Source: Microcoleus sp. (GTDB lineage Bacteria; Cyanobacteriota; Cyanobacteriia; Cyanobacteriales; Microcoleaceae). Taken from it: DNA of 64,000 nt. Shown here in pieces: positions 1 to 11,500 of the stretch (within the stretch, counting starts at the first letter, position 1; each line of letters opens with the position of its first letter). Under the pieces are notes generated by a model. That model saw only the letters and a list, made by a program, of their open reading frames with translations. It was not told the DNA's origin and searched no databases. Both the position numbers and the translations under genes were made by a program. Location of the stretch: positions 608,001 to 672,000 of the forward strand of contig JAYFMW010000017.1 of the NCBI GenBank assembly GCA_042408215.1. The letters are read 5' to 3'.

Positions 1-1104
1 AAAGCCCGCGCCCGCGAACAAGGACTAGACCTGATAGACTTGGGAATGGGAAACCCAGATGGTGCGACTCCTCAACCAGTAGTAGAAGCCGCCGTCGCAG
101 CCATCCAAAATCCCGCAAATCATGGCTATCCACCCTTTGAAGGAACTGCCAGTTTTCGTCGCACAATTACCAAATGGTACAGCCGCCACTACAACGTTGA
201 ACTAGATCCAGAAAGCGAAGCATTGCCTTTATTGGGTTCTAAAGAAGGTTTAGCACATTTTGCGATCGCCTATATCAATCCAGGCGACGTCATATTAGTA
301 CCAAGTCCCGCTTATCCCGTATTATTTCGCGGCCCGATTATCGCCGGTGCAAAAGTTCACAACATCATCCTCAAACCGGAAAACGACTGGGTAATTGACT
401 TAGGGACTATTCCCGACAGCGTAGCCGAAAAAGCCAAAATATTCTACTTCAATTATCCCAGCAATCCCACTGGAGCAACAGCACCCCGCGAATTTTTCAA
501 AGATATTGTGGCCTTCGCGCACAAACATCAAATCTTGCTAGTTCACGACTTGTGTTATGCCGAATTAGCCTTTGATGGCTATCAACCAACAAGTTTATTA
601 GAAATTCCCGGCGGTAAAGAAATCGGCATCGAATTTCATACTATGTCAAAAACCTATAATATGGCTGGCTGGCGAGTCGGTTTTGTAGTAGGAAATAGCA
701 AGATTATCCAAGGTTTGCGGACTTTAAAAACTAACCTAGATTACGGTATATTTGCCGCCTTGCAAACAGCGGCGGAAACAGCACTACAATTGCCGGATAG
801 TTACTTGCAAGAAGTGCAGAATCGTTACAGAACTCGCCGGGATTTTATGGTTGAAGGATTGGCAGAATTAGGGTGGAATATTCCTAAACCTCTGGCTGCA
901 ATGTATCTTTGGGTGCCCTGTACTCGCGGCATGAGTTCGACTGATTTTGCCCTGAATGTTTTGCAGCAAACTGGTGTTGTGGTGACTCCTGGCAATGCTT
1001 TTGGGCCTGGTGGTGAAGGATATGTGAGAATTAGTTTGATTGCAGATTGCGATCGGCTGGGAGAAGCTCTGCGGCGCTTGAAACAAGCTAATATTCGATA
1101 TTAG
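1..1104 (+). CDS. PLP-dependent class I/II aminotransferase (LL-DAP/aspartate aminotransferase-like), 5' end outside window
   Basis: Frame is open from base 1 (KARAREQGLDLIDLGMGNPD). Motifs NYPSNPTG, DLCY and SKTYNMAGWRVG (PLP lysine). Confidence 0.9.
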   Translation, partial: KARAREQGLDLIDLGMGNPDGATPQPVVEAAVAAIQNPANHGYPPFEGTASFRRTITKWYSRHYNVELDPESEALPLLGSKEGLAHFAIAYINPGDVILVPSPAYPVLFRGPIIAGAKVHNIILKPENDWVIDLGTIPDSVAEKAKIFYFNYPSNPTGATAPREFFKDIVAFAHKHQILLVHDLCYAELAFDGYQPTSLLEIPGGKEIGIEFHTMSKTYNMAGWRVGFVVGNSKIIQGLRTLKTNLDYGIFAALQTAAETALQLPDSYLQEVQNRYRTRRDFMVEGLAELGWNIPKPLAAMYLWVPCTRGMSSTDFALNVLQQTGVVVTPGNAFGPGGEGYVRISLIADCDRLGEALRRLKQANIRY

Positions 1105-1197
1105 TTATTGGGAATTGGGAATTGGGCGAAGCGAATCGGAGGGATGGGGAATGGGGCATGGGGCATTGAATTTTAAGTACAATGTTGACGCAATTGA

Positions 1198-1578
1198 CTA
1201 ATTAATTAAATTCAACCTATCCTCATAACCCAGCATTATCTTCTGCAAGGTGTTCTGCAACTTCTTAAATTCTGAATCATTTACAGAAAAAGCAATTCTT
1301 GCCTCATCACAATCTTTATGAGCGTTGGGTCTTGAAGGATCAAAATGAACAATTAATTGCTCGCGGTTTAAAGTAACTTCTTTAATTCCTCCATATTCTC
1401 CCCAAGACCGATCGTCTATCTCCCAGTAAACACTCCCTACGTTGGGAAGAGCATCTTCTTTATGAAATTCATGTCTTTGCATAACAAAATAATGTTCGTT
1501 ATCCTCCCCGGACGAAAAACCAATATAAAATGACTCTTCAATTCCCACAAGTTTTGCAAAAAGTTCAAACACCATCAT
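1198..1578 (-). CDS. Hypothetical protein, resembles Imm10-type immunity proteins
   Basis: Likely start ATG at 1578 within the 1198..1710 ORF. Pattern IGF...YFVMQR...YWEIDD..GEYGGIKEVTL recalled as Imm10-like. Confidence 0.5.
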   Translation of the reverse strand: MMVFELFAKLVGIEESFYIGFSSGEDNEHYFVMQRHEFHKEDALPNVGSVYWEIDDRSWGEYGGIKEVTLNREQLIVHFDPSRPNAHKDCDEARIAFSVNDSEFKKLQNTLQKIMLGYEDRLNLIN

Positions 1579-1685
1579 AAACTTAATCCACTTGTTTTGG
1601 TGAGCTATTTTAACCGGAACTTCCCCTGCTACGCTCTTAACTTTCCTCTGAAACCATTTATAGCGGTTCTCAAGAAAGTCAAGTA

Positions 1686-1831
1686 AGTAGGTGCGAATAA
1701 ACCAGTTCACATAAAAGAATGTAAAGCGACCCTAATCCCTGCGTTGGCGAAGCCTGCCCGAAGGGCTTATGCTTCGCTTGACTTCGTTTCGCTCGCAATG
1801 ACATACTTGTGTGTTTTCAGACTCATCTACT
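1686..1831. repeat. Small dispersed repeat/MITE-like element
   Basis: Imperfect terminal IR AGTAGGTG...CATCTACT with internal hairpins (AAGCCTGCCCGAAGGGCTT; TTCGCTCGCAATGAC). Confidence 0.4.
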
Positions 1832-1921
1832 CACGTAGGCAAGTCCCATACCCTATGCCCTATGCCCTATGCCCTATGCCCTATGCCCTATGCCCAATGC
1901 CCAATGTCCAATTCCCAATAA

Positions 1922-3067
1922 CTATAACCTTTTAATTTCCTCAATCACCCAGCCAAAAGTTTCGATAACTTGCTTGAGGGCCGATTCATCTTGTAAGGTA
2001 AACAAAGCCAAACTCGGCGACCTTCTTTCCCCTGGTTCCGTAGGTAGCGATAGCCCGATCGAACTTAGCTTATTTCTCAATTCCAGCCACTTTTCTTCCG
2101 CACTAAACGGAGGATGCGAACCGTAATTGTGAGCAGAAATCTCCATTTTGCCAGCAATATCAACGGTAAATAACTGATAGGGTTTTTTGCCTTTTCGATG
2201 CAAGTGAGCAGCAAAGCCTCCGTAGGTGTCCCCCGTACCCCACTGAATATCTATTTCCGGTGCTTGATTTTTCACCCAAACGTAAATTGATTTTGCCGTT
2301 TGCGCCTCTTCTGCGCCCCGTCTAGCCTTAAGTTCGGCAAAAAATGAAGATTCATCCCAGCGTCTTCTTTCGCGCGTTGCACTGGATTTTTTCTGCTGTG
2401 CTTCGGCGGTCTGACCGATGACTCTGGGAACCAAAGTTCTGAGGCCATCTTCACTTACATATTGCTTAATTTCCAGGGCGAAAACTTCAACTGGGTCCAT
2501 CTGTTCGTTGAGAAATTCCACCACCCGGCGCATTTCAGCGGAAATCTCGTCAGCTACAAAAACTAAGCGAATTTTACCAGCTTGTAAATTAGTTTTAACT
2601 TTCTGCCAAAACTGGTCTTCATTAGCATCCGCACCGAGAAAATCTTCAAAAATCTGTTCGGGATCGCGGCCCCGATCGCGACAATTAGCTTCAAACAGAG
2701 CAATAATTGAATCGATCGGCCAATAAACTACAGCATTAGCAGCATAGTCGATCGACTGACCTAAAACTTTTTGTCGGAGAGCAGCATTAGGAGTGCGTCT
2801 GACATCCACCAAAGTAGGAATTGCATTTTGGTCGAGAAACAAATGATCCAGGGACCACTGGACGGCTGTTTCCTCATCGTTAGCCACTGTCGCTTCCCGC
2901 GAAATTAACAGCCACTTCCGGGCTGTGGCCCGATCTATTTGGTCTCCCGCGATCAGATTCGGATAAGTTACAAGCAAGTCTTGTAACTGATCTTCCGAGT
3001 CGTAGGGCTGTTCCATCATTTCCACCAGCCTGTCGTCGTCCTGAATCAGATAAATACCTCCAGCCAT
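1922..3067 (-). CDS. Conserved hypothetical protein with N-terminal NucS/PD-(D/E)XK-like fold
   Basis: 381 aa ORF; E.QLQ.LL..YP, LDHLFLDQ..IPTLVDVRR, GQ.IDYAA motifs. Confidence 0.65.
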   Translation of the reverse strand: MAGGIYLIQDDDRLVEMMEQPYDSEDQLQDLLVTYPNLIAGDQIDRATARKWLLISREATVANDEETAVQWSLDHLFLDQNAIPTLVDVRRTPNAALRQKVLGQSIDYAANAVVYWPIDSIIALFEANCRDRGRDPEQIFEDFLGADANEDQFWQKVKTNLQAGKIRLVFVADEISAEMRRVVEFLNEQMDPVEVFALEIKQYVSEDGLRTLVPRVIGQTAEAQQKKSSATRERRRWDESSFFAELKARRGAEEAQTAKSIYVWVKNQAPEIDIQWGTGDTYGGFAAHLHRKGKKPYQLFTVDIAGKMEISAHNYGSHPPFSAEEKWLELRNKLSSIGLSLPTEPGERRSPSLALFTLQDESALKQVIETFGWVIEEIKRL

Positions 3068-3216
3068 ACAAATCCACCTACTTAATTTTAGATTTTCGAT
3101 TTTCGATTTTAGATTTGATCCTTAGTTATTAGTCCTCAGTCTTCAGTTCCCAGCCAATGACTAATAACTAATAACTAATGACTAATGACTAATAACTAAT
3201 AACTAATGACTAACGA

Positions 3217-4056
3217 CTACTGACTAATACCAGTAAATACTCGTTGTGCCGGCCCGGTCATGTAAATCCGCTGGGAGACTTCTGACCATTCGATTTGCAA
3301 AACGCCACCGGGGAGCTCAACCGCAGTTGTCCGATCGCACTTACCGGTCAACACCCCAGCCACCACAGTCGCACAAGCACCAGTCCCACAAGCTAGAGTA
3401 ACACCAGCGCCTCTTTCCCACACCCGCATTTTTACATAGTCCGAACGTATCACTTGAATAAATTCTGTATTTGTACGCTGGGGGAATGCTGGGTGGTGTT
3501 CAAATTGAGGCCCGACAGTTTCTAAATCAATAGCCGAAACATCATCTACAAAAGTAATGCAGTGAGGATTACCCATACTGACACAAGTAACAGACCAAGA
3601 TTTATCGGCTACGGCGATCGCCACATCTATAACTTTGGCATCTGGTGGGGCCAAAGTTGTCGGAATTTCCGCAGCCAGCAGTCGGGGAACTCCCATATCG
3701 ACTTTAACCTGACCATCCGATCGCAATTCCGGGCTAATCACACCAGCAGCGGTATGAATCCGGTAGAGAGTTTTCGCCTCTGAACCTTCCAAATCGGCGA
3801 TAAACTTAGCCAAACAGCGAATTCCATTGCCGCACATTTCCGGTTCCGAACCGTCGGAGTTAAAAATCCGCATCGTATAGTCAGTGCCATTTTGCCCAGC
3901 CAGAGCAAAAATTACGCCATCTGCACCGATGCCAAAATGTCGATCGCACAACACCACAGCCTGTTCTGGTGTTACCACAGGTTCACAGGAGTGGCGGTTA
4001 TCAACCAGAATAAAATCATTGCCCAGTCCGTGATACTTAGTAAACTCGATCGGCAT
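3217..4056 (-). CDS. dapF: Diaminopimelate epimerase
   Basis: [40 protein letters not shown]. Confidence 0.98.
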   Translation of the reverse strand: MPIEFTKYHGLGNDFILVDNRHSCEPVVTPEQAVVLCDRHFGIGADGVIFALAGQNGTDYTMRIFNSDGSEPEMCGNGIRCLAKFIADLEGSEAKTLYRIHTAAGVISPELRSDGQVKVDMGVPRLLAAEIPTTLAPPDAKVIDVAIAVADKSWSVTCVSMGNPHCITFVDDVSAIDLETVGPQFEHHPAFPQRTNTEFIQVIRSDYVKMRVWERGAGVTLACGTGACATVVAGVLTGKCDRTTAVELPGGVLQIEWSEVSQRIYMTGPAQRVFTGISQ

Positions 4057-4275
4057 AAAACCCCTCTGTTGATAGTTGACAGTTGACAGTTGACAGTTGA
4101 TAGTTGTTAGTTGTTAGTTGTCAGTTGGCAGTTGTCAGTTGGCAGTTGACAGTTGACAGTTGACAGTTGACAGTTGATAGCGAAAAAATTACCAATGACT
4201 ACTGACTAATGACCAATAACTACTGACTAATGACTACTGACCAATGACTAATGACTAAATTACCCATTTCCTAGT

Positions 4276-4488
4276 ATGTCTGAATTTGAGACCGGATTGC
4301 CCAGCACTCGCCTAATACAAAGCTACATCAAAGAAAAACAACAGGTAGAACTAAAACTCCTTACCAACGACTTGCTAGTGGGCCGAATTTTTTGGCAGGA
4401 CAATAACTGCATTTGCGTCCTCGATCCCTCAGAAAAACAAATTCTGATTTCGCGACAAGCCATTGCTTATATCAAAAGCAACGGGTGA
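4276..4488 (+). CDS. hfq: Cyanobacterial Hfq (Sm-like RNA chaperone homolog)
   Basis: 70 aa, LPS.R.IQ...LLT.D.L.G.I.WQD...I.R.AIAYI; divergent from dapF as usual in cyanobacteria. Confidence 0.9.
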   Translation: MSEFETGLPSTRLIQSYIKEKQQVELKLLTNDLLVGRIFWQDNNCICVLDPSEKQILISRQAIAYIKSNG

Positions 4489-4735
4489 GAGTGGGAGAGA
4501 CTGAGAGTGGGAGAGACTGAGAGTGCCGTTGGTGTCAACTTAAGACTAAAACCCTCTGTCTCTCTCGCTTGTAGCCGAGTCTCGATCCCCCTCGCATCCC
4601 CCTTAAGAAGGGGGACTGAATGCTCTTCCCCTTTTTAAAGGGGAGCTAGGGGGGAACGAGATCCCCTCTTCCTTCTTCCTTCAATCCGTTACATCCGTTA
4701 CATCCGTTACAGAATCCGTTGCCGAACTTCCCTCC

Positions 4736-7051
4736 CTAATCGCTAAACAGCTTTTCGCTCACCGGCGCGGTGACAAAAGGCAGTTTCGCTACAGGTTGCA
4801 GAACCGGCGGGGAAGCCGTCCGCTGCATTAAGCCGAGTTCGTAGAAGCCACCGCAGAGCAACAAGCGATCGCCCTCTTGCAAATCGGTACTTCCATCCGG
4901 CCACCGAGTAAACTTCCCTTCCCGCCGGAGCGCCCGCACCTGCACCCCGTACTGACTCAGCAACTCCACCTCCGACAGTTTTTGGCCCGCCCAAGGACTG
5001 TTTGCTGGCAATCTCAGCCACTGACAAGAACTGTCGCCGGGGGGCACGCCAATTTCCCCCTTCGCCAGCAACTCAAAACTCACGAGTTCTTCGGGATCTC
5101 CGACTACCAACACGCGATCGCCCGACTCCAAAGCTGTCTTACCATTGGGATAGTCAATTTCCTCGCCCTCTTTACGGACGATCGCCATAACGCTGACCCC
5201 TGTCAACTGTCGCAAGTTAGTTTCTTCCAGAGTCATGCTGGCGATCGGAGAACCCTCCGGTAGATTGTACCAATCGCTATTCATATCTCGAACAGCCACT
5301 TTCAAAGCCCGCGAAATAGCCGCATTTCCTCGCGCCGGCCGCAATTCCAGATAGCGGCTGCTGCGAATTTGCTGGACTTCCCGCCCAATAGCCATTGGCG
5401 ACAAACCCATACCAGCCAGCAAGTGAGATGATAGTTCTAAACTAGCCTCGAACTCAGGCTGAACGACTTCCCAAGCCCCCAGTTGGTAAAGCAATTCGAT
5501 ATCTTTATCTTGAGTCGCCCGCACGACAACATCTAAATCCGGGACTAATTCCAAAGCTCGCTTGAGACACAAGCGAGTGCTCATGGGATCGGGAAGGGCG
5601 ATCGCCATTGCTTTTGCTCGTTCCACCCCCGCAGCTTCCAATACGTGCCAACTGGCCGCATTACCATAAATATAGGGAATTCCCTGGGTTCTACACTCTT
5701 GAATTCTGCTTTCCGACTCGTCAATTACCACAACTGAACAGTTGCGACTTTGCAGCATTTTGACTAAATTTCGGCCAACTCGCCCGTAGCCACAAATCAC
5801 AATATGATTTTGCTCCGGCAAAGTTTCAGCTATTTCGACAGGTTGAGATGTTTCGTCAAAATAGCGCTGAATTGGCCCAAAGTTTTCCGCCCAATTCAAC
5901 AACTGCGGCACGCTTCTCAATACAAACGGTGTCAGCACCAGAGTAACTGCTGTTGTTCCCAAAATTAACAGGTAAACGTTTCGCGAAACCAGTCCTAATG
6001 CTTGACCGGAACTGGCGAGAACAAAGGAGAATTCTCCAATTTGAGCTAAGCCCAAACCTGCGATTAATGCTGTTTTTAGTGGATAGCCAAACAGTCGGAC
6101 GATCGGCGTTACGATCGAGAATTTGCCAACAAATACTAAAAATACCAGTCCCAGGATTAATTCTAAATGGTTCCAGAGAAACACCGGGTCAATTAACATT
6201 CCGATGGTGACAAAAAATAGGGATGCAAAAATATCTCGCAAAGGCTCAACATAAGTTAGAGTTTGGTCAGCGTATTCCACCTCCGAAATCATTAAACCCG
6301 CCACAAATGCGCCCATCTCGATGGAGAAACCCAAATATTCAGTCAGCAGCGCAATCCCCAAAGCCAAAACCACAACTCCCAGCAAGAACAGTTCCCGACT
6401 CTCTGTTCTAGCCAGATAGCGCAGCAACTGCGGTACAACCCAAATTCCCGCAACTACAGCACCCGCAGCAAATAAACTAATCCGCAGCAGGGCTAAGGCG
6501 ATCGTCATACCAATGGCTTCTACCGGCTGATTGAGGGCCGGCAAAACAGCTAGCATGAGCCCCAATGCTAAATCCTGAACTACCAATATTCCCAGCATCA
6601 CTTGACCGTGGGAAGTACCCCCTTCATTGCGTTCCATCAAGCACTTCAGTACCACTGCGGTGGAGGAAAGCGACAGAATTGCTCCTAAAAACACGCCTTG
6701 GGGCGGTGATTCTACCCAGCCCATAGCCAAGGAAGTGAAAGTAGTAATGGCGATCGTCAGGACAATTTGCAAGCCCCCACCGCCCAGACTAATTGCTTTC
6801 ACTTTCTGGAGTTCGGCGAAAGAAAATTCCACTCCCAGAGCAAATAACAGAAAAGCAACACCGAATTCAGCCAGGGTGTCTACCTGAATTAATTCTTTAA
6901 TCAGTCCCAAACCAGCAGGCCCAACCACCATCCCTCCCAGGAGATAGCCGAGAATTACCGGCTGTCGCAAAAGCGATGCGAACAGTCCTCCTGCTGCGGC
7001 AGCAGCGAGAACTAGAACTAAGTCAACGATCAGTCGGAAGTCTTCTTGCAC
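4736..7051 (-). CDS. CPA2-family cation:proton antiporter with TrkA-N and two TrkA-C (RCK) domains
   Basis: Multi-TM N-terminus (LSLSSTAVV, GEFSFVL), ICGYGRVG Rossmann motif. Probable GTG start at 7051 (VQEDFRLIVDLV). Confidence 0.92.
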   Translation of the reverse strand: MQEDFRLIVDLVLVLAAAAAGGLFASLLRQPVILGYLLGGMVVGPAGLGLIKELIQVDTLAEFGVAFLLFALGVEFSFAELQKVKAISLGGGGLQIVLTIAITTFTSLAMGWVESPPQGVFLGAILSLSSTAVVLKCLMERNEGGTSHGQVMLGILVVQDLALGLMLAVLPALNQPVEAIGMTIALALLRISLFAAGAVVAGIWVVPQLLRYLARTESRELFLLGVVVLALGIALLTEYLGFSIEMGAFVAGLMISEVEYADQTLTYVEPLRDIFASLFFVTIGMLIDPVFLWNHLELILGLVFLVFVGKFSIVTPIVRLFGYPLKTALIAGLGLAQIGEFSFVLASSGQALGLVSRNVYLLILGTTAVTLVLTPFVLRSVPQLLNWAENFGPIQRYFDETSQPVEIAETLPEQNHIVICGYGRVGRNLVKMLQSRNCSVVVIDESESRIQECRTQGIPYIYGNAASWHVLEAAGVERAKAMAIALPDPMSTRLCLKRALELVPDLDVVVRATQDKDIELLYQLGAWEVVQPEFEASLELSSHLLAGMGLSPMAIGREVQQIRSSRYLELRPARGNAAISRALKVAVRDMNSDWYNLPEGSPIASMTLEETNLRQLTGVSVMAIVRKEGEEIDYPNGKTALESGDRVLVVGDPEELVSFELLAKGEIGVPPGDSSCQWLRLPANSPWAGQKLSEVELLSQYGVQVRALRREGKFTRWPDGSTDLQEGDRLLLCGGFYELGLMQRTASPPVLQPVAKLPFVTAPVSEKLFSD

Positions 7052-7340
7052 AACTTTATGAAAAAAGTGTAAAGTTATATTATAGTGTTTAATGTGTGGA
7101 CTGTGTTTGGCGCGTTGACGATAGTTAAGGAGCCAGCGGAACTGCAACTCTCGAACCAGGTATTTTTTGATGGTCAAGAGTTCAAATCCTCACAAAAAGC
7201 TTAACCTCTGGCAAGTTTATCGAGGCATTGCAGCTTTATTGGTGGTGCTATTTCATCTGAACCAGATGAGCATAGAAATGTTAAAACAAGTAACTTTTTT
7301 TAATCTGTTTGAAGGGGCGTAAAATCAATAATCTCATAAA

Positions 7341-8550
7341 GAATCAGAAACCGGGTTTTTTCCCAAAATATTTAATTCCAATCTTTAATCTCGGTGAAAA
7401 ACCCGGTTTCTTTAATCCCCGCGCGAGAATCAGAAACCGGGTTTTTTACCAAAATATTTAATTCCAATCTTTAATCTCGGTGAAAAACCCGGTTTCTTTA
7501 ATCCCCGCGCGAGAATCAGAAACCGGGTTTTTTACCAACTATTTACTTCAAACCTTAGATTTCGCGGAAAAACCCGGTTTCTTTAATCCCCGCGCGAGAA
7601 TCAGAAACCAGGTTTTTTACCAAAATATTTAATTCCAATCTTTAATCTCGGTGAAAAACCCGGTTTCTTTAATCCCCGCGCGAGAATCAGAAACCGGATT
7701 TTTTACCAAAATATTTAATTCCAATCTTTAATCTCGGTGAAAAACCCGGTTTCTTTAATCCCCGCGCGAGAATCAGAAACCGGGTTTTTTACCAAATATT
7801 TGGTTCTCACCTTTAATCTCGGTGAAAAACCCGGTTTCTTTAATCCCCGCGCGAGAATCAGAAACCGGGTTTTTTACCAACTATTTACTTCAAACCTTAG
7901 ATTTCGCGGAAAAACCCGGTTTCTTTAATCCCCGCGCGAGAATCAGAAACCGGGTTTTTTCCCAAAATATTTAATTCCAATCTTTAATCTCGGTGAAAAA
8001 CCCGGTTTCTTTAATCCCCGCGCGAGAATCAGAAACCGGGTTTTTTCCCAAAATATTTAATTCCAATCTTTAATCTCGGTGAAAAACCCGGTTTCTTTAA
8101 TCCCCGCGCGAGAATCAGAAACCGGGTTTTTTACCAAATATTTGGTTCTCACCTTTAATCTCGGTGAAAAACCCGGTTTCTTTAATCCCCGCGCGAGAAT
8201 CAGAAACCGGGTTTTTTACCAAAATATTTAATTCCAATCTTTAATCTCGGTGAAAAACCCGGTTTCTTTAATCCCCGCGCCCAAACCAGAAACCGGGTTT
8301 TTTCCCAAATATTTGGTTCTCACCTTTAATCTCGGTGAAAAACCCGGTTTCTTTAATCCCCGCGCGAGAATCAGAAACCGGGTTTTTTACCAAAATATTT
8401 AATTCCAATCTTTAATCTCGGTGAAAAACCCGGTTTCTTTAATCCCCGCGCGAGAATCAGAAACCGGGTTTTTTACCAAAATATTTAATTCCAATCTTTA
8501 ATCTCGGTGAAAAACCCGGTTTCTTTAATCCCCGCGCGAGAATCAGAAAC
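7341..8550. repeat. Tandem array of about 14 copies of an ~85-86 bp palindromic unit (GAAACCGGGTTTTT-loop-AAAAACCCGGTTTC)
   Basis: Directly visible. The ~34 nt loop occurs in three recurring variants. Confidence 0.97.
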
Positions 8551-11500
8551 TACCCAGAAACCAGAGCTACGCGAAAATCGAAGAACGAGCCGCGGAGGCC
8601 CGCCGAAACCCTGCTACGAAGGGCACTGTGACAAAGGACTGCAACGTTGAGCCAGGAACCACCACGCAGCACACGGCGATCGTCTGTACCAGTTTCCCAA
8701 GAACTTCCGTCAGTCGGTGCGCCATTGTAGTTATCATGCCAGCGATCGCTACACCATTCCCAAACATTGCCGTGCATATCATAAAGTCCAAACGCATTCG
8801 GCGGAAAACTCCCCACATCCGTTGTTTGTTGGCGGTAAAGTCCCGATTGTGCAGAACCGTAGGGATAATTGCCGTCATAATTAACTAAATCCGGGGTAAT
8901 TGTTTCGCCAAAATGGAAAAGTGTTGACGTTCGGGCGCGACAAGCATATTCCCATTCCGCTTCCGCAGGTAAGCGATAAGTCTTGCCTGTTTTTTGAGAA
9001 AGTTTCTGGCAGAATTTCACAGCATCATCCCAGCTTACTTGTTCTACAGGACGTTTCGCGCCTTTAAACTCAGAAGGGTTATTTCCCATCACCGCTTCCC
9101 ACTGTTCTTGAGTAATGGGATATTTGCCCAGATAAAAAGGTTTAACAGTTACTTGGCGTAGCGGTTGTTCCGAACTAGATTCAGATGAACCCATCTGGAA
9201 TGTACCACCGGGAATATAAACCATTTCCAAATTCACCCAATTGCCCAATTTTTCGACTTTTTGACTGGCCTTTCCAGGTTGGCGACTAACTTCTTGCCCT
9301 CGATTGTTAACTGTAATAATCTCGAAATGGAATTCTTTAACCTTAGCTTCCTCTTCAGCGTCGCGTTGGCGTTCCTTTTCTAATTTCCGCTGACGTTCTT
9401 GTTCATCACGACGTTGCTGTTCCTCCTCTTCTAATTTCCGCTGACGTTCTTGTTCATCACGACGTTGCTGTTCCTCTTCTTCTAATTTCCGCTGACGTTC
9501 TTGTTCATCACGACGTTGCTGTTCCTCCTCTTCTAGTTTCCGCTGACGTTCTTGTTCAGCACGACGTTGCTGTTCCTCCTCTTCTAATCGCTGTTGGCGT
9601 TTTTTCTCATCCCAAACACCTTGAGCGACATCGCGGTTGTGTACGACTCCCGGCAAAATCGGATTAAGATTTAATGCTTGAGTGTAATCAGATATTGCCT
9701 GTTCGTAGGCTCCCAATTTGTAACAAGCATTGCCTCGATTGTTCCAAGCATCAGCATGATTGGGTTCTAGCCGCAAAACTTGAGTGTAATCTTCAATAGC
9801 AGCTCGATACTGCTCCAACTTAGCATAGGCAAATCCCCGATTGAAATTAGCATTTGCCAAATTAGCATTGAGTTGAAGGACTTGATTGAAATCAACAATC
9901 GCTGCTGCATATTTTTCCTCTTGGCAGCGCCTAATAGCTCGCTTGTAACAAGATTCAATCACACTCAGTTGGTGACTTTTGCCAACAGCAGCAAAACAGC
10001 TATTCAGTTTTCCAACATATTTCAAATCATCGATTGTCAAAACCGCATCCAAGGCATCTAGGATTTCCTTGTTTCCTGACGGTACCGACAAACCGCGCAA
10101 TTTTAGCCAAGCTTTTACCGACTCAAAAATTTGCGCTGTGGCCCAACGCTGATCGGGCAAATCCAGCAAACCTTCAGCTAAATCTAACTTAAGTTCAGGA
10201 ATCCATGCCGATTCAGATTCTGCAATCACATTATACAACATGTCGTAGAAATTAATCGCTATTTCTACTAATTGTTCCTGTTCCTCTGAGGGAATATCTT
10301 GCAGCAAATCAGGGAGTAACTGAGGCAATAGGGGCCGCTGCCGAACTTCCGGGGAGACGTGCAGGAAAAAGTATTCATCGGCCAGCAATCCGGCAATTAA
10401 ACAGTGACAAATACCGATAAACTGCTGAAATCTTTGATAATCTTTCTTGTGAATGCTGTAGGGACGTGGGATTTCTGCGGGATCGGTTCCAATTGCTTCG
10501 CACTTCCGTTCTTTCTCAATGATTTTTAGGTTGTGCAAGAAACTATTAACAGCTTCAGTGCCATAAAGTTCATCAAATTCTTCAACACTATTGCCCTCAG
10601 CAATGTAGGCAACCCGCTGAGCTTGCCACTGCAATGCCCTGTCTTTAGCGAAATCAAACAGTACCTCTCGCCAAGGTAGCATAGGAATAGGTGATTTGTA
10701 GCGGTAAGTTGCCCAATTTAAACCCCAATAACCAAAACTGAGGTTAAAAATATCGCCTTCGGCAGCGGATTCTAAAATTAATGTCGGCTCAGTTTTTAAG
10801 CCGCGAAACATTGATTGTGTTGCTGCTTGACTGTGAAAAAGCTTACTTGTCCAAGCACCTGATAAGAATTCCACAGGTCGTCCTTGGGTTAAATATTTTT
10901 CAAAGAATTGTTGCAGGTAAATTCCCAGAGTTTTTTCCATCTCTGGAAAGCCTTTTGCGGCATCATTTCCATCCCCAGAACGGTCAAATTGCAAAGTAGG
11001 TGGCGATAGGAAAACTCGCAGGGGAATAGGATTTTGAGCCGGATTAGATTTAACAATATCTTCGGCAATCAACCAAATGGGAGAGTTGCCTTGTCTTTTC
11101 TGTTCTTGAATGGCTTCAATGGCAGTTTTTCTGTCATAAATTCGGAGTTCGCGGGCCTGTTGAGCCTCGATGTTTTTTAGTTGTAATTGCAGTTCTTTTT
11201 GCTGTTCGATGCACCATTTTTGCAGGTGCGATCTCAAGATTTCTAATTCTATTTGGTGTTCGCGGCTGAGTTGATTTTCCTTGGCTTGAAATTCGCGGTT
11301 GAGTTTTGCAATTTGTTCTTGTAGTTGGCGGTTTAGCAGTCCTTCTTGGGTTTGGGATTCGCGGTTGAGTCTTGCTAATTCTGACTGTAAGGAGCGGTTT
11401 AGATGGCCTTCTTCGGCTTTAAATTCGAGGTTAGCTTGTCGTTGAAATTCTTGTAATACGAGTTCTTTTTTGCGGATTTCTTGCCAGCTTGCTTCGATTT

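Noticed and set aside
7341..8550. CRISPR array (constant arms with ~34-nt variable segments); likewise 51144-51630 and 54144-54550
   Set aside because: The variable segments are a few recurring, mutually related variants rather than unique spacers; the constant part is about 50 bp; no cas genes are adjacent.
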